Below, piece after piece: positions 1-11,031 of a stretch of DNA of 54,852 bases. The notes beneath the pieces were generated by a model that was not told the DNA's origin, searched no databases, and worked only from the letters and a program-made list of their open reading frames with translations. Each line of letters opens with the position of its first letter. Within the stretch, counting starts at the first letter, position 1. Both the position numbers and the translations under genes were made by a program. This stretch comes from Verrucomicrobiia bacterium (GTDB lineage Bacteria; Verrucomicrobiota; Verrucomicrobiia; Palsa-1439). The stretch is taken from contig JBEKFI010000008.1 of assembly GCA_050013395.1 (NCBI GenBank), positions 1 through 54,852 of the forward strand, in the 5' to 3' direction.

Positions 1-110
1 CAAGCGGGGCGAGGAGATCTCCCCTCTCCCTTCCCAAGGGAGAGGGTCAGGGTGAGGGTTCGAGCAGTGACACACTGTGGGTTGTTTAAGCGCATCGTGA
101 ATAATCCGGG
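1..110 (-). mobile_element. MITE copy A (partial, runs off window start)
   Basis: Reverse complement is near-identical to the copy starting at 13753; terminus CCCGGATTATTCAC, flanked by CTAA (111-114 read on the minus strand). Confidence 0.85.
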
Positions 111-122
111 TTAGAATGTCCG

Positions 123-1118
123 ATGAAGGCAATGCTGTTGCAGAAACCGCTGCCGGCAGAAGAGTCGCCACTGGAGCTGGTCGAACTTCGCCCACCCGAA
201 CCTGCCGCTGATCAAGTTCTGCTCCGCGTGCGGGCCTGCGGCATCTGCCATACCGATTTGCACACCGTCGAAGGTGAGATCGCCGCCAAATTGCCCATTG
301 TGCCTGGGCACCAAATCGTCGGTGTCGTGGAGAAGCTCGGTGCCGACGTGCACGACTTCGCGATCGGCGAATGCGTTGGCGTGCCGTGGCTGTATCGCGC
401 CTGTGGTGAATGCGAGTTCTGTCGGAGCGACCGCGAGAATCTTTGCGAGCGAGCGCAGTTCACAGGATTCCATGTGAACGGTGGCTACGCAGAGTTCGCT
501 GTTGCGCCGGCTGCGTTCGCGGTGAGATTGCCCGATCATCCTGCTGACGCTCAAATCGCGCCGCTGCTGTGCGCGGGCATTGTCGGCTATCGCGCCTTAC
601 GTTTCAGCAACGTGCGCCCGCAGCAGCGGCTGGGCTTGTACGGGTTCGGCGCGTCGGCGCACATTGTGATCCAAATTGCGCTCCACTGGAATTGCGAAGT
701 GTTTGTGGCCACGCGCGGCGAGGGACATCAGCAACTCGCGAAAAAGTTGGGCGCGGCCTGGGTGGGGCGTGCGGAAGAAGTTCCCGATGCCGCCCTTGAC
801 TCCGCGGTGATGTTCGCGCCGACCGGGGCACTCGTGCCCGAGGCGCTGCGTGCGCTGCGGAAAGGCGGCACGCTGGTCTTGGCGGGCATCTACATGACGC
901 CGATTCCCGAGATGAAGCACGAGTTGCTTTACCACGAGCGCATCGTGCGCTCCGTCGCGAACGCGACACGTGATGACGCGCGTCAACTGATGCGACTCGC
1001 GGGCGAGATTCCGTTGCGGACGGAAGTCGAAACATTTCCGCTGGGAGACGCCAATCGGGCACTGGCCGCGCTGAAGCACAGCCAGATTCGTGGGGCCGGG
1101 GTGCTCGTGGTAAGCTGA
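123..1118 (+). CDS. Zinc-dependent alcohol dehydrogenase family protein
   Basis: GICHTDLH, GHQ, CGECEFC...C zinc ligands; GLYGFGASA Rossmann motif. Confidence 0.92.
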   Translation: MKAMLLQKPLPAEESPLELVELRPPEPAADQVLLRVRACGICHTDLHTVEGEIAAKLPIVPGHQIVGVVEKLGADVHDFAIGECVGVPWLYRACGECEFCRSDRENLCERAQFTGFHVNGGYAEFAVAPAAFAVRLPDHPADAQIAPLLCAGIVGYRALRFSNVRPQQRLGLYGFGASAHIVIQIALHWNCEVFVATRGEGHQQLAKKLGAAWVGRAEEVPDAALDSAVMFAPTGALVPEALRALRKGGTLVLAGIYMTPIPEMKHELLYHERIVRSVANATRDDARQLMRLAGEIPLRTEVETFPLGDANRALAALKHSQIRGAGVLVVS

Positions 1119-1123
1119 CATCC

Positions 1124-1858
1124 ATGAAACCGGTCATTGCCATCACACCGGAAGCAATCAAGCTTTCTCGTGCAGACGGGCGCGGCGCATTTTGCGGCGT
1201 GCCCTACTCGCAGGCGGTCGAGGCGGCGGGCGGCGTGCCGTTCATCCTGCCGCTCACGCGCGACACGAAAGCGATCGAACGCTTTTTGACATTGTGCGAC
1301 GGCTTCCTGTTGACGGGCGGAGGCGACATGGCGGAGGCGTCGGGCGCGTACGGTCGGAAGTTGACGGCGCGCGAACGCCAGACGCTGTCGAGTGTGGACG
1401 CGGAGCGCGATGAGTTGGAGTTGTGTCTGGTGCGCCGGCTCATGGAGGAAGACATACCGGTCCTCGGGATTTGCCGGGGCATTCAGGTGATGAACGTGGC
1501 GCTTGGCGGAACGTTGCTCGCCGATATCGCTCTTCGCCAGCCCGATGCGCTGCCGCATCGAAATCCGAAACCGGATGCGTTGGCCCATCGCGTCGAGTGG
1601 GAATCAGATTCGCGCCTGAAGAAGGCTCTCGCCAACGGGTGCGAACGGGTGAATACGAGCCATCATCAGGCACTGGACGTCGTGGCTTCCGCGTTCAAAG
1701 TGGTGGCACGGACGAGCGACGGGATTGTCGAGGCCGTGGAAAATTCTCAAGTGCGATTGATGTGGGGCGTGCAGTTTCATCCCGAGCGACTGCTGCAGGT
1801 TGCGCCGCAATTCCTGCGGCTTTTTGAGGCACTCGTGAACGAGGCGCGACGCCGCTAA
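1124..1858 (+). CDS. Gamma-glutamyl-GABA hydrolase-like class I glutamine amidotransferase (peptidase C26)
   Basis: LLTGGGD, PVLGICRGIQ, SHHQA, GVQFHPE motifs. Confidence 0.9.
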   Translation: MKPVIAITPEAIKLSRADGRGAFCGVPYSQAVEAAGGVPFILPLTRDTKAIERFLTLCDGFLLTGGGDMAEASGAYGRKLTARERQTLSSVDAERDELELCLVRRLMEEDIPVLGICRGIQVMNVALGGTLLADIALRQPDALPHRNPKPDALAHRVEWESDSRLKKALANGCERVNTSHHQALDVVASAFKVVARTSDGIVEAVENSQVRLMWGVQFHPERLLQVAPQFLRLFEALVNEARRR

Positions 1859-3570
1859 CTTTTGGCGGGCGCAGGCGCGGGCACCGGCGCCGGCGTGGGC
1901 TCAGCTTCTGGTGCTTCCACAGGCTCAGGCTGTTGCTCGCGACTGCGGAGGCGGCCAAAGTTGACCCGCTCGCTGCGGATCAGCGCAGAAACCCAGCTTT
2001 GATACATCGCTTGGCGATCGCGCTGGAGAACCTGCTGCGCGAAATCCGCCTTATCCTTCTCAAACTCCGCAGGCTCGGGCGGCTTGCGATCCTTGAGATG
2101 GAAAAACAATCCGCCGTTCTCAGTGGCAATGAATTCGCTGACGGTGTTGGTCGCCATGCCGAGTGCGGTTTGCTGGATTCGACTTGCGGCTGGAGAATCG
2201 AGTTTTTCGTCGGAGAGGGTGAACGGCCCGGGCGACTCGATTTTCAGTTTCAGTTCCGCGCACGCCTGGTCGAAGGTCTTGCCTTCCGCAATCAGTTTCT
2301 TCACCTGTGCAAGTGCGTCCTCGCCCTGCTTGACAGTGGCCTCGTAAGTTTTCTGCCGCTCAAGCTGGTCGATCACCTCTCCCTTGACCTGCTCGAACGG
2401 CGGGATCTCGCTCGGTTTTGCCGCCAAATACTCCAGAACGTAATAGCCATCTTCGCCCGGCACGGGATCGCTGAACGCGATTTCAGGCGTCAACGCGAAG
2501 GCCGCCTGGTTAAACTGCGGCCCTGCCTGAATCCCCGGCACTTTGCCGCGCAGGCTGAAAAACTCCGTCTCCTGCGGCGTGATGCCGGACGCGGAGCACA
2601 GCTTCGCAAAATCCGGTTTCGCAGCGCCGGGCTCTTGAACAAGCTTGACGGTCAACTCGGTGGCGCGGTCCTGCGCCAGCCGATCGGCGCGCAGCTTGAG
2701 CAGATCTTCCCTGACTTTATCTTTGACGGCGTCGAGCGGCTTCGCGACGTTGTTGGTGTCCGCGTACCCCGTCTTGTTGCGCTCGTAGAACTCCGCGATG
2801 TCCGAGTCGGTGATCTTCACGGACTTCTTTTCTTCCGTGATCGCGAAATAGGCGTAGCGCACTTTGACTTGCTTCGGAACGCGGTACGCCTCTTTGTTCT
2901 TCTCGAAGAACGCCTTGGCTTCGTCCTCCGCCACGGTGACGGGCACGGCATTGCTGGCCGCATTGAATGCCACCAGTTCAATCCAGAGCTTCTCATGCAG
3001 GGGCGCGTACGCCAAGATCACTTCCTGAGGTGTGACCTTCACTGCGGCGACGATCAGCATCTCAAGCTGTGCCAGCATCAGTTGTTCGCGCATGATCTGC
3101 TCAAATTGCGCCTCGCTGATCCCGCGTGTATTCAGGAAGATCATGAACCGCCGGTACCGATCGGGATCAAATTGCCTGGCTTCGTTCAGGAAAAACGGCT
3201 GGCTGCGAATCTGCTGGATCACATCGCTGTCGGGCACACGAACGCCCAACTCCCGTGCCTTGCGGAACTCCAGCATTCGTACGACGGCCTGCTGTTTCAC
3301 GGCGTCCTCGAACTCCGCCGTGTGCGGCAACTCGCGGCCGGTGTTGATGGTGTTGACGATGTACCAAGCCACCACCGCACTGCGAGCCTGCTGGTACTCC
3401 ACGGCATTCACCGGCTTGCCCTGCACCGTCGGCAAATCCGCCTCCTGACGCGCCGACGTGCCGCTCGTCGTCGTGAACAACGCGATGAAGCTCGGAATCA
3501 GGATGAGCATCAAGATGGCCAAAATCCAGCGCGAATTCTTTCGAAACCATTCACCGTGAGCAATAAACAT
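1855..3570 (-). CDS. PpiD/SurA-like membrane-anchored periplasmic chaperone
   Basis: N-terminal TM helix, SurA N-domain pattern (ARELGVRVPDSDV...F...FD..RY), rotamase-like region; ATG at 3570. Confidence 0.8.
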   Translation of the reverse strand: MFIAHGEWFRKNSRWILAILMLILIPSFIALFTTTSGTSARQEADLPTVQGKPVNAVEYQQARSAVVAWYIVNTINTGRELPHTAEFEDAVKQQAVVRMLEFRKARELGVRVPDSDVIQQIRSQPFFLNEARQFDPDRYRRFMIFLNTRGISEAQFEQIMREQLMLAQLEMLIVAAVKVTPQEVILAYAPLHEKLWIELVAFNAASNAVPVTVAEDEAKAFFEKNKEAYRVPKQVKVRYAYFAITEEKKSVKITDSDIAEFYERNKTGYADTNNVAKPLDAVKDKVREDLLKLRADRLAQDRATELTVKLVQEPGAAKPDFAKLCSASGITPQETEFFSLRGKVPGIQAGPQFNQAAFALTPEIAFSDPVPGEDGYYVLEYLAAKPSEIPPFEQVKGEVIDQLERQKTYEATVKQGEDALAQVKKLIAEGKTFDQACAELKLKIESPGPFTLSDEKLDSPAASRIQQTALGMATNTVSEFIATENGGLFFHLKDRKPPEPAEFEKDKADFAQQVLQRDRQAMYQSWVSALIRSERVNFGRLRSREQQPEPVEAPEAEPTPAPVPAPAPAKS

Positions 3571-3596
3571 TGTGTAGTTCCCTGTAAAGCATCGGG

Positions 3597-3625
3597 AGGA
3601 TACCCGCCACACGCAGCATCGTCAA
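3597..3625 (-). promoter_or_regulatory. Putative sigma70 promoter of the ppiD-like gene
   Basis: TTGACG-N17-TATCCT on the minus strand. Confidence 0.5.
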
Positions 3626-3660
3626 ATGCCAAAATCGCTGGTAGGATCATTGCGAAAAGC

Positions 3661-4887
3661 ATGAAAACTGTAGCTGATCCGAACATCCCGTTCGTTCGCG
3701 AAGCGTTTTCCGCGCTGGGTGAAATCCAGTTTGTGGCCGGCCGCCAGATCAACGCGTCCGCAGTTCGCGACGCCGACATGCTGCTGGTGCGCTCGGTCAC
3801 GTCTGTGAACGCGGCGTTGCTGGACAACAGCAAAGTGAGATTCGTCGCCACCGCCACTATCGGGACGGATCACGTTGACCAGGCATACCTTTACGAACGC
3901 GGCATCGGCTTCGCCAGCGCCGACGGCAGCAACGCCAATTCGGTTGCCGAGTACGTCGTCACCGCGATGCTGGAAATCGCGCATCGAAACCAATTTCGCC
4001 TGCGTGACAAAGCGCTCGGCGTCGTCGGCGTCGGCAACGTCGGCCGGCGCGTTGTTCGCTACGCCGAAGCGCTCGGGATGCGCGTTCTGCAAAACGATCC
4101 GCCGCGTGAACGTGCCGAGGTAGGGCGCGACCGCCGGGCGCGCCGCGAGGGGGACGGACAGCCCGGCGGTCTGTCCCTACCACAATTCGCTTCTCTGGAA
4201 CGTCTCCTCGCCGAAGCAGACATCATCACGCTCCATGTTCCGCTGACGCGCGTAGGGCAAGCCTCCAGCTTGCCCAACTTCCTTCCCGAGGACGCCACGT
4301 TTCATTTGTTCGACAAGGACATCCTCGCGGCTCTGGAGCTGCGCAAGCCCATCCTCATCAACACCGCGCGTGGCGCCGTCGTGGACAATCAGGCGCTACT
4401 GGAAGCCATCGTGACGAAGAAGCTGAGCGGCGTCGTGCTGGACGTTTGGGAGAACGAGCCGAACATTAGGGCCGATTTGCTTGCCGCCGTTGACCTCGGC
4501 ACAGCGCACATCGCGGGTTACAGCTTCGATGGCAAGCTCAACGGCACGCAGATGATTTATCGGGCCGTGTGCGGCTTTTTCGGGATGAAACCGACATGGG
4601 AACCGGCTCTGCCGCCGCCGCCAGTCCCGCATCTGGAAGCGACCGCTGGCGCAGGCGAGGACGACGAAGACGTGTTGCGGCGCGTCATCAAGCACGTTTA
4701 CGACATCACTGCCGATGACGCCGCGTTGCGGAAGAGCGTCCGCGCCCCCGATGAAATCGGGGCAAGCTTCGACAAATCGCGTGCCGAGTATCCCGTCCGG
4801 CGCGAGTTCTTCAACACGGAGTTGACGCTGCGCGGCGCAGGCGAGTCGCTGAGACAGAAAACTGCGGCTTTGGGGTTCCGGTTATAG
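3661..4887 (+). CDS. pdxB: 4-phosphoerythronate dehydrogenase carrying two in-frame palindromic insertions
   Basis: MKTVADPNIP, LLVRSVT, TATIGTDHVD, GVGNVG, HIAGYS.DGK, R..YP.RREF; the real start is 3661, not 1933. Confidence 0.93.
   Translation: MKTVADPNIPFVREAFSALGEIQFVAGRQINASAVRDADMLLVRSVTSVNAALLDNSKVRFVATATIGTDHVDQAYLYERGIGFASADGSNANSVAEYVVTAMLEIAHRNQFRLRDKALGVVGVGNVGRRVVRYAEALGMRVLQNDPPRERAEVGRDRRARREGDGQPGGLSLPQFASLERLLAEADIITLHVPLTRVGQASSLPNFLPEDATFHLFDKDILAALELRKPILINTARGAVVDNQALLEAIVTKKLSGVVLDVWENEPNIRADLLAAVDLGTAHIAGYSFDGKLNGTQMIYRAVCGFFGMKPTWEPALPPPPVPHLEATAGAGEDDEDVLRRVIKHVYDITADDAALRKSVRAPDEIGASFDKSRAEYPVRREFFNTELTLRGAGESLRQKTAALGFRL
4120..4181 (+). repeat. GTAG-type REP doublet inserted in-frame in pdxB
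   Basis: GTAGGGCGCGACCGCCGGGCGCGCCG...CGGACAGCCCGGCGGTCTGTCCCTAC; similar copy at 11817-11879. Confidence 0.8.
4252..4275 (+). repeat. Second GTAG-type palindrome in-frame in pdxB
   Basis: GTAGGGCAAGC-CTCCA-GCTTGCCC hairpin encoding VGQASSLP. Confidence 0.7.
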
Positions 4888-4931
4888 CCACGACGACGGG
4901 TGCGCACGGATATTCACGGATTCTGTCGTGG

Positions 4932-4962
4932 GCTTGCCCGCCGCAGCCTCGGCGAAAGCAGG
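4932..4962. repeat. Short hairpin unit (same family as the unit nested in MITE copies C-E)
   Basis: GCTTGCCCGCCGCAGCCTCGGCGAAAGCAGG vs GCTGCCCGCCGAAGCCTCGGCGCAGG at 38334. Confidence 0.65.
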
Positions 4963-4989
4963 TAGGGACGGATCCCATATAATAATTGT

Positions 4990-5388
4990 CGCCGTTCAAA
5001 GGCTCTATTAAAGGCGGAAATCAACGCAGCAGGTATCTTGTTCCCTTCGTACAGCAACATTAGTTCGTATATTTTCACATAACACATCTCAATGAGAGAT
5101 GGATTGTCCACTGTCGCCACAAAACTCTCAAACAGGGACGCATAGCTTGGCAGCCTCAAATCTGCATACAGGCAATGCAGAAGAAACTGCTTGAATGCGT
5201 TGTTGGTAGTCATCGGCGCTACCGGAGTAGGCGATGTCTCCAGTGACAAAGACGACGTCGGGCTTAATAGCGAGCTGCTCCACGTCCTGAAAAAAACACT
5301 TAGCCCGCAGCTCAAATTCCTTCACTGTTTTCCGGCGAGCGTGAAGATCGGCAATGTGGGCAATTTGGATTGCATGCACGTTGTTCAC
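4990..5388 (-). pseudogene. Calcineurin-like metallophosphoesterase N-terminal stub joined to an out-of-frame AT-richer fragment
   Basis: AHIADLH and VTGDIA motifs present, later GNHD motif missing; frame breaks after about 62 aa. Confidence 0.7.
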
Positions 5389-5417
5389 CTCTGTTTCCGA
5401 CCGTATTTAACGAAATG

Positions 5418-5660
5418 CTAAAACTCCACGACGACATCCTTACCGAACTGTTTTCCCGCGACTTCGGTCGCAAGCCTTACGGTTGTCTTCTTCAGCACGT
5501 TGTTAAGGTTGGTATAGACGAGCCAACAACCCGGTAAGGCTTCGCGGAACTCGCGCAGGTCCGGGCGGTCGGGATAAAGTTCTTCTGGTGTGCGGGCGAA
5601 GCCGAGTCGAACGAGACGCCGCTGTCGTCTGTGGCCTTGGTAGATGCGGTTCATTGCCAT
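5418..5660 (-). pseudogene. Small chimeric ORF beginning MAMNRIYQG (possible Cas12b N-terminal stub fused to an unrelated C-terminus)
   Basis: NRIYQG resembles the start of PVC-clade Cas12b proteins as I recall them; similarity stops after 9 codons. Confidence 0.4.
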
Positions 5661-5948
5661 TGCCTACGTTTGCCTCACTCCCGATAGCTCTGCATTTGAA
5701 CTGCGCACATAAAATGTGTAGCCGATAAGGGCGCAGAACTCAAGGATGACATCTTCCGTGCAGCCGCGCCGTTTCATGCGCCAAAACCCTCTGTGTTTCC
5801 TTTGTGGGCAGGTGGGACACGTTGGCGCGGGTGGCACAGTCAGTGGGTTCTCATGAGACGTTGGACTGAGACATGGCACACTGACCGAAATCGGTGCGAA
5901 AACCTTAACCCTCTGTTGCCGCGAATGTTGCAGAATGTGTCCAACACG

Positions 5949-5964
5949 TGGCACGGGCGTAGCT
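5949..5964 (+). promoter_or_regulatory. Putative sigma54 (-24/-12) promoter of dnaK-groES-groEL
   Basis: TGGCAC-GGGCG-TAGCT; GG (5950-51) and GC (5962-63) exactly 12 nt apart; about 45 nt upstream of the ATG. Confidence 0.6.
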
Positions 5965-6008
5965 AAACAACAGGCGGCGTTCTGCGCTCAAAAGGAGCTT
6001 TGATTCAA

Positions 6009-7940
6009 ATGGCTAAAGTCCTCGGTATCGATTTAGGCACAACCAACTCATGCATGGCGGTGATGGAAGGCGGCGAGCCGGTGGTTGTCCCGAACGCGGA
6101 AGGCGGACGAACTACTCCATCAATCGTCGCGTTCACAAAGTCCGGCGAAAGACTTGTCGGCCAAGCGGCCAAGCGGCAGGCCGTGGTCAATCCGAAGAAC
6201 ACGGTTTATTCCATCAAGCGGTTCATGGGCCGAAAGTATGACGAGGTCGAGCTGGAACGCAAGCGCGTGCCGTTCGAAGTAGTGCGCGCCTCCAACGGCG
6301 ATGCACACGTCCGTGTGAAGGTCGGCGACGAGGACAAGACGCTGACGCCACCGGAAATTTCCGCGATGATTCTAGCGAAGATGAAGGCCGACGCCGAAGC
6401 GTATCTCGGCGAGAAGATTGAGAAGGCCGTCGTCACCGTCCCCGCTTACTTCAACGACTCGCAGCGGCAAGCCACCAAGGACGCAGGACGCATCGCGGGC
6501 CTCGATGTTTTGCGCATTATCAACGAACCCACCGCTTCCTCGCTGGCCTATGGTCTCGACAAAAAGAAGGACGAGCACATCGCCGTGTACGACTTGGGTG
6601 GTGGCACGTTCGATATCTCGCTGTTGAGCATCGGCGATGGCGTCTTCGAAGTGCTGGCCACCAACGGCGATACGCATCTCGGTGGTGATGATTTCGACGA
6701 GCGTGTGATGAACTGGATCATTGACGATTTCAAGAAAGAGACCGGGGTCGATCTCAAGAAGCAAGCCGACGCCCTTCAGCGGATCAAGGAGGAAAGCGAG
6801 AAGGCCAAAATCGCGTTGTCCAGCGCGATGGAATACGAAATCAATCTGCCGTTCATCACCGCTGACGCGACGGGGCCGAAGCACATCGTCAAGAAACTTA
6901 CACGCGCCAAACTCGAACAGCTTTGCGACGAACTGATCGAGCGGACGATCGGACCAGTTCAAGCCTGTCTGCGTGACGGCAAGCTGGACATTTCCAAAGT
7001 GAATGAACTGGTGCTCGTCGGCGGCATGACGCGCATGCCGAAGGTCATCGAGACCGCGGGCAAGCTCATCGGCAAAGCGCCGCATCAGGGCGTCAACCCC
7101 GACGAAGTTGTTGCGGTCGGCGCGGCCATCCAAGGCGGCGTCCTCACGGGCCAGGTCAAACAGGACATTGTGCTGCTCGACGTGACGCCATTGTCGCTTG
7201 GCATCGAGACGCTGGGCAACGTGTTCACCGTGCTGATCCCGCGCAACACGACGATTCCGACCCGTAAGAGCGAGATCTTCTCCACGGCGGCGGACAGTCA
7301 GACAAGCGTCGAGGTGCACGTGTTGCAGGGCGAACGCTCGATGGCGCGAGACAATAAGACGATTGGCCGCTTCCATCTCACGGACATTCCGCCTGCGCCG
7401 CGCGGTGTGCCGCAGATCGAGGTGACTTTCGACACCGATGCCAACGGCATCCTGCACGTCAGCGCCAAAGACCTCGGCACAGGCAAGTCGCAGAACATCA
7501 CCATCACCGCGTCGAGCGGCTTGAACAAGGACGAAGTCGAGAAAATGCGCCATGAGGCGGAATCGCATGCCGAGGAGGACAAGAAGCTGCGCGAGAAGGT
7601 GGAGTTGCGCAATCGGTGCGATGCGCGGGTGTACGAGACGGAAAAACTGATGAAGGAACACAAGGACATCATCAGCGGCGACCAGAAGCCGAAACTGGAT
7701 GCGGCGATTGAGAAGGTCAAGGATGCCTTGAAGCGCGAAGATTTCGACGCGATGAAGGACGCTGAGGAGAAGCTGACCGAAGTATGGCACGGCGTGTCGT
7801 CGGAGATTTACTCGAAGGTCCGCGACAAGGCCGGCGCGACGCCGTCGGGCGGCGAGGGCAAGACGGAAGAGCCGACCAAGAAGTCCAGCAAGGAAGGCGA
7901 GGTCGTGGACGCTGACTTCGAGATGGTGGACGAAGACTAG
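6009..7940 (+). CDS. dnaK: Chaperone DnaK (Hsp70)
   Basis: [33 protein letters not shown] tail; AGGAG RBS. Confidence 0.99.
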   Translation: MAKVLGIDLGTTNSCMAVMEGGEPVVVPNAEGGRTTPSIVAFTKSGERLVGQAAKRQAVVNPKNTVYSIKRFMGRKYDEVELERKRVPFEVVRASNGDAHVRVKVGDEDKTLTPPEISAMILAKMKADAEAYLGEKIEKAVVTVPAYFNDSQRQATKDAGRIAGLDVLRIINEPTASSLAYGLDKKKDEHIAVYDLGGGTFDISLLSIGDGVFEVLATNGDTHLGGDDFDERVMNWIIDDFKKETGVDLKKQADALQRIKEESEKAKIALSSAMEYEINLPFITADATGPKHIVKKLTRAKLEQLCDELIERTIGPVQACLRDGKLDISKVNELVLVGGMTRMPKVIETAGKLIGKAPHQGVNPDEVVAVGAAIQGGVLTGQVKQDIVLLDVTPLSLGIETLGNVFTVLIPRNTTIPTRKSEIFSTAADSQTSVEVHVLQGERSMARDNKTIGRFHLTDIPPAPRGVPQIEVTFDTDANGILHVSAKDLGTGKSQNITITASSGLNKDEVEKMRHEAESHAEEDKKLREKVELRNRCDARVYETEKLMKEHKDIISGDQKPKLDAAIEKVKDALKREDFDAMKDAEEKLTEVWHGVSSEIYSKVRDKAGATPSGGEGKTEEPTKKSSKEGEVVDADFEMVDED

Positions 7941-7954
7941 AAGAAGTGAAGTTT

Positions 7955-8045
7955 GTAGCGGCGCTCCCTGCCCCGAAGGCTTTCGGGGTGAACGAGCGCC
8001 GATTGTCGGGAACGGAGAGAAGCGACGGTCATAGACCGCCGGTAC
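7955..8045 (+). repeat. GTAG-type REP doublet with a nested hairpin
   Basis: GTAGCGGCGCTC...GAGCGCCG...CGGTCATAGACCGCCGGTAC; nested CCCCGAAGGCTTTCGGGG at 7971-7988. Confidence 0.65.
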
Positions 8046-8076
8046 AATAACTCAAAAAGAAGGAGTCAGAAGAACC

Positions 8077-8367
8077 ATGAACGTGAAACCATTGGGCGAT
8101 CGGGTGCTGGTGCAACTGATCGAGAAGGAAGAAGCGAAGAAGGGCGGGATCATCATCCCTGATAGCGCAAAAGAGAAGCCACAAGTCGGAAGGGTGATTG
8201 CCTTGGGAACGGGCAAGCGGGACGAGGACGGCAAGCTCATTCCGTTTGAAGTCAAGAAGGGCGATCGCGTGTTTGTCAGTAAGTACCTGAGTAATCCTAT
8301 CGACCTCGAAAGCAAAGAGTACTATCTCGTGCCCCAAGACGACATCCTCGGCATCATTGAAGGCTAA
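8077..8367 (+). CDS. groES: Co-chaperonin GroES
   Basis: [28 protein letters not shown]. Confidence 0.97.
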   Translation: MNVKPLGDRVLVQLIEKEEAKKGGIIIPDSAKEKPQVGRVIALGTGKRDEDGKLIPFEVKKGDRVFVSKYLSNPIDLESKEYYLVPQDDILGIIEG

Positions 8368-8378
8368 CCCAGAAATAG

Positions 8379-10025
<1,647 letters not shown>

Positions 10026-10046
10026 GTCGTACCAGAAGTTCGTCGT

Positions 10047-10079
10047 CGGTAGGGGCAGCGGGAGAAGCTGCCCCTACCG
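10047..10079. terminator. Strong hairpin after groEL (GTAG REP-like or terminator)
   Basis: CGGTAGGGGCAGC-N7-GCTGCCCCTACCG; no clear U-tract. Confidence 0.55.
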
Positions 10080-10142
10080 TGCCGTGCAAAATAGGGCTTG
10101 TAATCGCAGCCCATTTGGTCAAAATTACCCGCTCTTTACCAG

Positions 10143-10376
10143 ATGAAAAGCAAATACCTTGATCCTGCCATGCAACAAGTCCCCAACCCTGAGCTATTAA
10201 TCAATCTTGTTTCCAGACGAGTCCGCCAATTGACGCAGGGACACCAGCCCCTCACTCAGACCGATGCGAAAATGGATTTTGCCGACATAGCCTTGAAGGA
10301 AATCAGCGAAGGCAAGATCGCGTACGAAATTCATTCCAGCCCGGACGGCACCGATAGCGAGAGCAAAGAAATCTGA
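10143..10376 (+). CDS. rpoZ: RNA polymerase omega subunit
   Basis: LINLVSRRVRQL...PL...DIALKEI.EGKI pattern; upstream of smpB. Confidence 0.85.
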   Translation: MKSKYLDPAMQQVPNPELLINLVSRRVRQLTQGHQPLTQTDAKMDFADIALKEISEGKIAYEIHSSPDGTDSESKEI

Positions 10377-10378
10377 TG

Positions 10379-10436
10379 GTAGGACGGGCGTCTCGCCCGC
10401 GTCTTGCGACAAGTAGGGCGAGCGTTACGCTTGTCT
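10379..10436 (+). repeat. Degenerate GTAG REP-like palindromes
   Basis: GTAGGACGGGCGTCTCGCCCG and GTAGGGCGAGCGTTACGCTTGTCT. Confidence 0.5.
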
Positions 10437-10517
10437 GACGTGTTTTGTGACGGGCCTGACGCGCTGCGGCCGAGTTTCTCCTAGGAACGCGCCGCGCCGG
10501 CCGATATAGTAGCGGCG

Positions 10518-10976
10518 ATGGTGCCGACAATTCACAACCACAAAGCCCGCCGCGACTATTTTGTCACCGAGACGTACGAGGCGGGCATCGAGTTGAAAGG
10601 CACCGAGGTCAAGTCGCTGCGGAACGCGCGCGCTTCCATCGACGACGCCTTCGCCCGCGTCGAGCGCGGCCAGGTCTGGCTCTACAACGCGCACATCGCT
10701 CCCTACGAATTCGGCAACCGCTACAACGTCGATCCGCTGCGTCCGCGTCGGCTGCTGCTTCACAAGAAGGAAATTCATCGACTGGCGAGCCAGCTCAACG
10801 CCAAAGGCATGGCGCTGGTGCCGCTGAAGATTTACTTCACAAAGAGTTTTGCCAAAGTCCAACTCGGCCTCGGCAAAGGCAAGACCCAGATTGACAAACG
10901 CGAGGTGCTCAAACGCAAGACCGCCGAGCGCGAGATCGACCGCGCCCTGCGCGACCGCACCAAACGAAGAGGATGA
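10518..10976 (+). CDS. smpB: SsrA-binding protein SmpB
   Basis: [34 protein letters not shown]. Confidence 0.98.
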   Translation: MVPTIHNHKARRDYFVTETYEAGIELKGTEVKSLRNARASIDDAFARVERGQVWLYNAHIAPYEFGNRYNVDPLRPRRLLLHKKEIHRLASQLNAKGMALVPLKIYFTKSFAKVQLGLGKGKTQIDKREVLKRKTAEREIDRALRDRTKRRG

Positions 10977-11031
10977 CGATGCCAACGAAGTGACCCGACC
11001 AGTTAAAACAAAACTTCGCCCAACAAAAACC

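Noticed and set aside
55-66. GGTTCGA T-loop-like motif suggesting a tRNA
   Set aside because: Lies inside the MITE; no cloverleaf or acceptor stem
86-117. Hybrid promoter formed by the MITE A end and TAGAAT
   Set aside because: No convincing -35 hexamer at 16-18 nt spacing within the element
1933-3660. 984-aa ORF suggesting a long N-terminal extension of PdxB
   Set aside because: The extension is the antisense shadow of the ppiD-like gene; PdxB homology begins at ATG 3661
4888-6000. CRISPR array or tracrRNA near the Cas12b-like stub
   Set aside because: No regularly spaced direct repeats seen here or anywhere else in the window
10377-10517. tmRNA or other ncRNA beside smpB
   Set aside because: Too short, with no tRNA-like ends; explained by REP remnants and a promoter
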